From positions 829,165 through 893,164 of the forward strand of contig CAWJBJ010000004.1 of assembly GCA_963841135.1 (NCBI GenBank): a DNA stretch of 64,000 bases, written 5' to 3'. The stretch comes from an uncultured Chloroflexia bacterium. Its GTDB lineage: Bacteria; Chloroflexota; Limnocylindria; Limnocylindrales; CSP1-4. The notes under the pieces are model-generated. The model ran no database searches, had not been told where the DNA came from, and saw only the letters and a program-made list of their open reading frames with translations. Positions 58,798-64,000 of this stretch are shown in pieces. Numbering within the stretch: the stretch's first letter is position 1; each line of letters starts with the position of its first letter. The translations under genes and the position numbers were made by a program.

Positions 58798-60850
58798 GTG
58801 CAACGAGGAGCCGACATCAAGGCGCGGCGGATCGGCGTGTCGGGCGCGAGCTCGCGACGCCTCCTCGACGATACCCATGTCCTGATGGCCATCGCCATCG
58901 TGTCGTCGGCGACGGTCATCGAGCTCCTGGCAGGCAACGGGGGCGTCGTGTGGGTCGCCGCGATCGGCCTGCTGTACGTCGCGATCCAGCTCGGCGTGGG
59001 CGCCTGGCGTTCTCCGGTCTCGCGCCCCGCACCCAGGCTGCTGCTCGGGGTGTGCTTCGTCTCCGGTCTCAGCCTCGTGGTCGTGGAGGAGTCGGCCCGC
59101 CCACTGGGCGCGCTCTACCTGCCGCTCGTGACGATGGCGGCGGCCTATGGCAGCCGCGAGGCCCTGCTCGTCGCCCTGAGCAGTGTCGCCGCCCTCGCCG
59201 CGCCGATCCTGGTCCTCCAGGCAGACGCGGCCCCGTTGGTCCAGCGGCTCATCGCCTACGTCGTGACGATGTTCGTGCTCGCCGTCGGCACGCGCCGGAC
59301 GGTCGGCGCGCTCGAGGCGGCCATCAGCCGCGCTCGCTGGGCCAGGACGCGCGAACGGCGCCGGGCACGCCAGATGGCGGGCGTGGAGGCCGTCGGCCAC
59401 CTGCTCGCCCGCGGATCCTCGTCGGCCGCGCTCGAGGAGCTGATGGACCTGATGACCGGGAGATTCGGCTACCGGAACGTGTCGATCTACCTCCTGCGAC
59501 CCGATGGGAACCTCCAGCTCGGCGCCCAGCGCGGCTACGACACGCCGCTCGAGATCTTCGACGCGAAGACCGGGGTCGTGGGCCGCGTGATGCGCACCCG
59601 GGAGACGGCCTTCGTCCGCGACGTCCGCGACGACCCGGATTACCGGATGGCCAAGGAGGACGTCCGGAGCGAGATCTCGACGCCGCTCATGGCCGGTGGC
59701 GAACTGCTGGGCGTCCTCAACGTCGAGGACCCGCGGCTGGACGGCCTCGACGACAGCGACCGCTCGACCATGATCCTGATCGCGGAGCGACTGGCCGCGG
59801 CCATCGCCATCGGCCGCGAACGCCAGGCGATCGCCGAGCGGGCGGAGCTGTTCCAGTCCCTCGCGCGAGTTCTCACGGACCGTCAACGCGTCGCTGAACC
59901 CGCGCGAGCTGTATGCCGTGATCGTCGAAGCCATCGGGACCGTCATGCACAGCGAGATCGTCGCGCTGATCACCCGCGACACGGCTCTCGGCGACTACCG
60001 CATCGCCTCGATGCGCGGCGGGGACCAGCGCTTCGTCGGCGTGCGCATCCCCGACGGCGAAGGTGTCTCGGGTCGTGCGATCGCCGAGCGCCGCCTGGTC
60101 GTCGACAACCGCCTTGAGAAGTCGTCGTTCCCCTCGACCATCCGCGGCGGGGAGTTTCCCGACGTCATGGCCTCGGCCTCCGTGCCGCTGCTGTCCGACG
60201 ACGCCGTGCTGGGCGCCCTGGCGCTGCTGCGCGACGACCTCACCCATCCGTTCACGCAGCTCGAGCAAGAGGTCCTGCCGATCATCGCCGGCCACGTCTC
60301 GCTTGCGATCGCCAACGCCGAGCTCCACGCCCAGATGGCCGACGAGGCCATCCGCGACCCGTTGACCGGGCTGTTCAATCGACGCTACCTCGACGCCTCG
60401 CTCGAGCGGCTGCTGGCCGCCCGCGACCGCCTCGACGTCAGTGAGCGGCGCCCGGTCGCGGCGATCCTCTTCGACCTCGACCTGTTCGGCAACTTCAACA
60501 AGCGCCACGGCCACAGCGTCGGCGACGACGTCCTGCGCAGCTTCGCGACCATCCTTCGCAGCCGGTTCCGCGCCAGCGACATCGTCGCGCGGTTCGGCGG
60601 CGAGGAATTCCTCGTCTTCCTCGACGGCGCGAGCCTCGGTGAGGCGGCGCGGATCGCCGACGAGGTGCGTCTCGAGCTCATGGCGACGCCCATCCCGCTC
60701 GAGGGCGGCGACGTCGTCCACGCAACGGTCTCTGCCGGCTGTTCGGCCGTGGGTCCCGGGGTCGCGTCGATGGAGACGCTCGTGCAGGTGGCCGACGTCG
60801 GCCTGCAGATGGCCAAGCGAGCCGGGCGGAACCAGATCGTCGCTGCCTGA
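58798..60850 (+). CDS. membrane-anchored GAF-GAF-GGDEF diguanylate cyclase (apparent 1-nt frameshift near 59870)
   Basis: N-terminal TM helices, GAF1 (...GVLNVEDPRLDG...), a frame change into GAF2 (NPRELYAVIVEAIGTVMHSEI...), then GGDEF (RYLD...ILFDLDLFGNFNKRHGH...RFGGEEF). Confidence 0.75.
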
Positions 60851-60880
60851 CGAGGCGGACCGGGTAGGCTTCACGCCCTG

Positions 60881-61867
60881 ATGCCCCTCGTCGCCGTCCA
60901 CGGCCTGACCAAGCGCTATCCCGGGGGCGTGACCGCCCTCGACGGGTTGACGCTGGAGCTCGAGCCGGGCGTCATCGGCCTCGTCGGGGCCAACGGCGCC
61001 GGCAAGAGCACCCTGCTCAAGATCATGCTCGGGCTCCTGGAGCCGACGTCCGGCCTGGTCGAGGTGCTCGGCATGGATGTCCGGGGTCAGGGCACGGCCG
61101 TCCGCCAGTTCGTCGGCTACATGCCCGAGTCGGACTGCCTCCCACCCGAATCCTCGGCCACCGACTTCGTCAGCCACATGGCCCAGATGTCGGGCCTGCC
61201 CGGGTCGGCCGCCCGTGAGCGCACCGCGGAGGTGCTGCGGCACGTCGGGCTGTACGAGGAACGCTACCGGCCGATCGGCGGGTACTCGACCGGGATGAAG
61301 CAGCGGGTCAAGCTGGCCCAGGCGCTCGTCCACGATCCGAGGCTGCTCCTGCTCGACGAGCCCACGAACGGGCTGGACCCGGCCGGGCGCGACGAGATGC
61401 TCAGCCTGGTCCGGCGGACCGGCTCCGAGTTCGGCATCGCGGTGATCGTCGCGAGCCACCTGCTGGGCGAGATCGAGCGCGTCTCGGACTTCCTCGTCGC
61501 CATCGACGCCGGCCGGCTGCTGCGCGCGGCGCCCCTTGGCACCTTCACCGAGCGAACGGGCTACCTCGCGGTCGAGGTGGAGGAGGGGCAGGAGTCGCTG
61601 GCGGCCGCTCTCTTCGCGCGCGGCCTGGTACCGGCCGTCGACGGTCGCACGGTCGTGGTGCCGATCGAGGACGACCACCCGTACGACATCGTGCGCGATG
61701 CCCTGGCCGAGCTCGGCCTCCCGCTCGTCCGGCTCGAGCAGCGGCGCAAGGGCCTCGAGGACCTGTTCGCGGACGGGCCCCTCGTCCCGGGCGGTGCCGG
61801 CGACAGGGCCGCCTCGCGGCCGGCCAGTCCGCTCGACCCGACGCTGCCAACGGGATCGCGACGATGA
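60881..61867 (+). CDS. ABC transporter ATP-binding protein
   Basis: GANGAGKSTLL, YSTGMKQRVKLAQAL, LLLDEPTNGLD. Confidence 0.85.
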   Translation: MPLVAVHGLTKRYPGGVTALDGLTLELEPGVIGLVGANGAGKSTLLKIMLGLLEPTSGLVEVLGMDVRGQGTAVRQFVGYMPESDCLPPESSATDFVSHMAQMSGLPGSAARERTAEVLRHVGLYEERYRPIGGYSTGMKQRVKLAQALVHDPRLLLLDEPTNGLDPAGRDEMLSLVRRTGSEFGIAVIVASHLLGEIERVSDFLVAIDAGRLLRAAPLGTFTERTGYLAVEVEEGQESLAAALFARGLVPAVDGRTVVVPIEDDHPYDIVRDALAELGLPLVRLEQRRKGLEDLFADGPLVPGGAGDRAASRPASPLDPTLPTGSRR

Positions 61868-62811
61868 CGGCGCCGGTCCCCGCCGCGTCGTCCGTGACCG
61901 CGACCACCGCCACCGGTCCCGGCGGGAGCATCTACGACCTGGGCTACCAGGGTTACCACGGTCCCCGGCTGGGACGCCGAAGCGCGTCGGTCGCGCTGTT
62001 CCGCTCGACGCTGCGGTCCGCCTACGGCATCGGGCGTGGCGGCCGGGCCAAGCTCGCCCCGCTCGCCCTGGCCGGACTCGCGGTCCTGCCTGCCATCCTG
62101 GCCGTGGGGATCGCGGCGCTGCTTGCGCGGGCCGGGGCCGGCGACACCCTCGAAGGCGCCTCGCCCGTGCGCTACGACTCCTACCACGGGCTGACGGTCC
62201 TGCTCCTCATGCTCTTCTGCGCGGCGCAGGCGCCCGAGCTGTTCGGCCGGGACCAGCGCTACGGCGTCCTGCCGCTCTACTTCTCGCGGGCCCTGACGCG
62301 GACCGACTACGCGCTGGCGAGGGTCGCAGGGCTGGTCGTCGCGCTCCTCATCGTGGATCTCCTCCCCCAGGCGATCCTCTTCGTCGGGCGGGTCCTCGTG
62401 GCCAGCGACCCCGTGACGGGTCTCGGCAACGAGGCCGCGGCCGTCCCACGGTTCCTGCTCCAGGGGCTGTTGACGGCCGGGCTCCTCGGCGGGCTGTCCG
62501 CGCTCATCGCCGCATGGACGCCGCGCCGCGCCTACGCCACGGCCGCCATCATCGCGGTCTCGATCATCCCGCCGGTGTTGGTCGCGCTCCTGACGAGCCT
62601 CACGGGCAGCGACAGCGCCCGGCTGCTGGTCCTGTTCAGCCCCGGCGACCTCCTCGACGGCGCGAACGCCTGGATCTTCGGGGCGACCTCGGAGAACCAG
62701 ACCATCAGCGCCCTCGGGCTCGCGGGGCAGGTCTACGTGGTGACCGCGACGGTCGTGGCGGTCGTGGCGATCGGGCTCACCATCCGGCGCTACCGAGGGA
62801 TCCGAACGTGA
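61864..62811 (+). CDS. ABC-2-type transporter permease
   Basis: The ATG overlaps the previous stop. Six TM helices. Confidence 0.7.
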   Translation: MTAPVPAASSVTATTATGPGGSIYDLGYQGYHGPRLGRRSASVALFRSTLRSAYGIGRGGRAKLAPLALAGLAVLPAILAVGIAALLARAGAGDTLEGASPVRYDSYHGLTVLLLMLFCAAQAPELFGRDQRYGVLPLYFSRALTRTDYALARVAGLVVALLIVDLLPQAILFVGRVLVASDPVTGLGNEAAAVPRFLLQGLLTAGLLGGLSALIAAWTPRRAYATAAIIAVSIIPPVLVALLTSLTGSDSARLLVLFSPGDLLDGANAWIFGATSENQTISALGLAGQVYVVTATVVAVVAIGLTIRRYRGIRT

Positions 62812-63800
62812 CGGTCCCGACCCCGCCCGTCGCGCCCAGCCTGCTGCCCGTGCCGCCGGTCGATGGACCCGTGGCGGCGGCCGCGACGCCAGCCGCGCTC
62901 GCCGTCGACCACGTCTCGCGCTGGTACGGCAACGTCGTGGCGCTCAACGACGTGTCGTTCGCCCTCGGCCCAGGCGTGACCGGGCTGCTGGGTCCCAACG
63001 GGGCGGGCAAGTCGACGCTCCTGCACCTCATGGCCGGCCTGCTCCGTCCGTCCGCGGGCGCGGTGCTCGTCGACGGCGAGACGGCGTGGGGTCGCTCCGA
63101 GATGTACCGCCACATCGGCCTGGTCCCCGAGCGTGAGGCCCTCTACGAGTTCCTGACCGGGTTCGAGTTCGTGCGTCTCAACGCCCAGCTCCAGGGCATG
63201 CCCGACGCCCACGCGGCGGCGGAGCGGGCGATCGCCACGGTCGAGTTGACCGAGGTCGCCGACCGCCCGATCGGGACCTACTCGAAGGGCATGCGCCAGC
63301 GGACCAAGCTGGCCGGCGCGCTCGTCCACGAGCCGCGCATCCTGCTGCTCGACGAGCCGTTCAACGGGATGGATCCGCGACAGCGGCTGCACATGATGGG
63401 CCTGCTGCGCTCGATGGCGGCGGCCGGGCGGACAGTCCTGTTCTCCTCGCACATCCTCGAGGAGGTGGAGCGCCTGGCCGACTCCATCCTCGTGGTCTAC
63501 GCGGGACGGCTCGCCGCGGCCGGTGACTTCCGGTCGATCCGTCGCCTCATGACCGATCGGCCGCACACGTTCCGCGTCCGCTCCTCGGACGATCGCGGGC
63601 TCGCGGCGGCGCTGCTCGGGCACCCTTCGGTGTTCGGGGTGGAGCTGAGCGGCGAACGCCTGTCGATCCGGACCTCTGACTTCGGGGCCTTCACGCGCGC
63701 TCTCCCGACCGTGGCCAGGGACCAGGCCATCTCGCTGTTCGAGGTGGGACCGACCGACGACTCGCTCGAGAGCGTGTTCAGCTACCTGGTCCGCCGGTGA
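62808..63800 (+). CDS. ABC transporter ATP-binding protein (second ATPase)
   Basis: The GTG start overlaps the previous stop (GTGA). GPNGAGKSTLL, YSKGMRQRTKLAGAL, LLLDEPFNGMD. Confidence 0.85.
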   Translation: MTVPTPPVAPSLLPVPPVDGPVAAAATPAALAVDHVSRWYGNVVALNDVSFALGPGVTGLLGPNGAGKSTLLHLMAGLLRPSAGAVLVDGETAWGRSEMYRHIGLVPEREALYEFLTGFEFVRLNAQLQGMPDAHAAAERAIATVELTEVADRPIGTYSKGMRQRTKLAGALVHEPRILLLDEPFNGMDPRQRLHMMGLLRSMAAAGRTVLFSSHILEEVERLADSILVVYAGRLAAAGDFRSIRRLMTDRPHTFRVRSSDDRGLAAALLGHPSVFGVELSGERLSIRTSDFGAFTRALPTVARDQAISLFEVGPTDDSLESVFSYLVRR

Positions 63801-64000
63801 GCCCGTTCGCGGCCATCATCGGGCTCACGGTCCGTGGCCTGATGGGGCGCCGACGGCTGTTCCTGATGCTGGTCCTCGCAGCGATCCCGGTCCTGCTCGG
63901 CGCGCTCGTCCAGCTCCGTGGCGGCCGGGCCGACGTCGAGCGGGTGCTCGAGATCCTCGTCGTCCAGACCGTCATGCCGCTGGTGGCGCTGATCCTGGGC
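63797..64000 (+). CDS. ABC-2 permease, 5' part (continues past window end)
   Basis: The GTG overlaps the previous stop (GTGA). VSPFAAIIGLTVRGLMGRRRLFLMLVLAAIPVLLGALV... Confidence 0.5.
   Translation, partial: MSPFAAIIGLTVRGLMGRRRLFLMLVLAAIPVLLGALVQLRGGRADVERVLEILVVQTVMPLVALILG

Noticed and set aside
58699-61678. 427-aa and 601-aa minus-strand ORFs
   Set aside because: They are antisense to the GAF-GGDEF and ABC ATPase genes and low complexity.
1-64000. CRISPR arrays, IS elements and rRNA
   Set aside because: No regularly spaced direct repeats, transposase or integrase ORFs, or rRNA-like low-GC stretches were seen.

Overview
The window is a high-GC (~70%) Actinomycetota-like chromosomal segment with about 55 genes that are mostly housekeeping or accessory metabolic functions. 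I found no rRNA, CRISPR array, transposase or integrase. There is one tRNA, tRNA-Gly(TCC), at about 48.1 kb.

Main blocks, in order:
- Partial lysA, a small 4-TM holin-like protein, GNAT, F420/PPOX, DUF885 and a BtrH_N-like gene (0-6 kb).
- An alpha-glucan/glycogen cluster (6-18 kb): a giant GH13-like protein, a GntR regulator, two different GH57 proteins, GlgP and GlgA.
- A DEAD-box RNA helicase (19.9-21.7 kb) with a roughly 500-nt repeat-containing leader and a Gly/Arg/Pro-rich tail.
- An ABC-2 transporter coupled to a HisKA_3 sensor kinase and NarL-type regulator (23.8-27.4 kb), with a divergent LAL-type LuxR regulator beside it.
- A regulator-dense locus (27.5-37.8 kb): LAL regulator, DUF4242-like gene, an 833-aa lipoprotein, a 237-aa lipoprotein, a SARP/AfsR regulator and a membrane protein. 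I could not assign a function to either lipoprotein, and this locus is my best candidate for an undescribed system.
- PTE-family hydrolase, LigC-like DNA ligase, a membrane protein with two HxxEH motifs and a secreted protein whose mature N-terminus begins with His (39-42 kb).
- A LacI-controlled sugar ABC importer with a GH13_18 sucrose-phosphorylase-family gene (42-48 kb), ending at the tRNA-Gly.
- SDR, lipoprotein GH3 and a second LAL regulator (48-55 kb).
- Cupin, class II aldolase, Ser/Thr kinase, a membrane GAF-GGDEF protein and tandem ABC ATPase/permease pairs (55-64 kb).

Two sequence-quality points matter throughout. First, six conserved genes each show a single apparent 1-bp frameshift (GH57-2, glgA twice, the response regulator, the MalF-like permease and the GGDEF gene). 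This looks more like assembly indels than coordinated gene decay, but it should be checked. Second, many adjacent genes overlap by ATGA, GTGA or TGATG, consistent with translational coupling.

Coordinates for features not in the supplied ORF table (tRNA, small ORFs, operators) are hand-read and may be off by 1-3 nt. Many long Arg-rich ORFs on opposite strands or in alternate frames are treated as high-GC artefacts.
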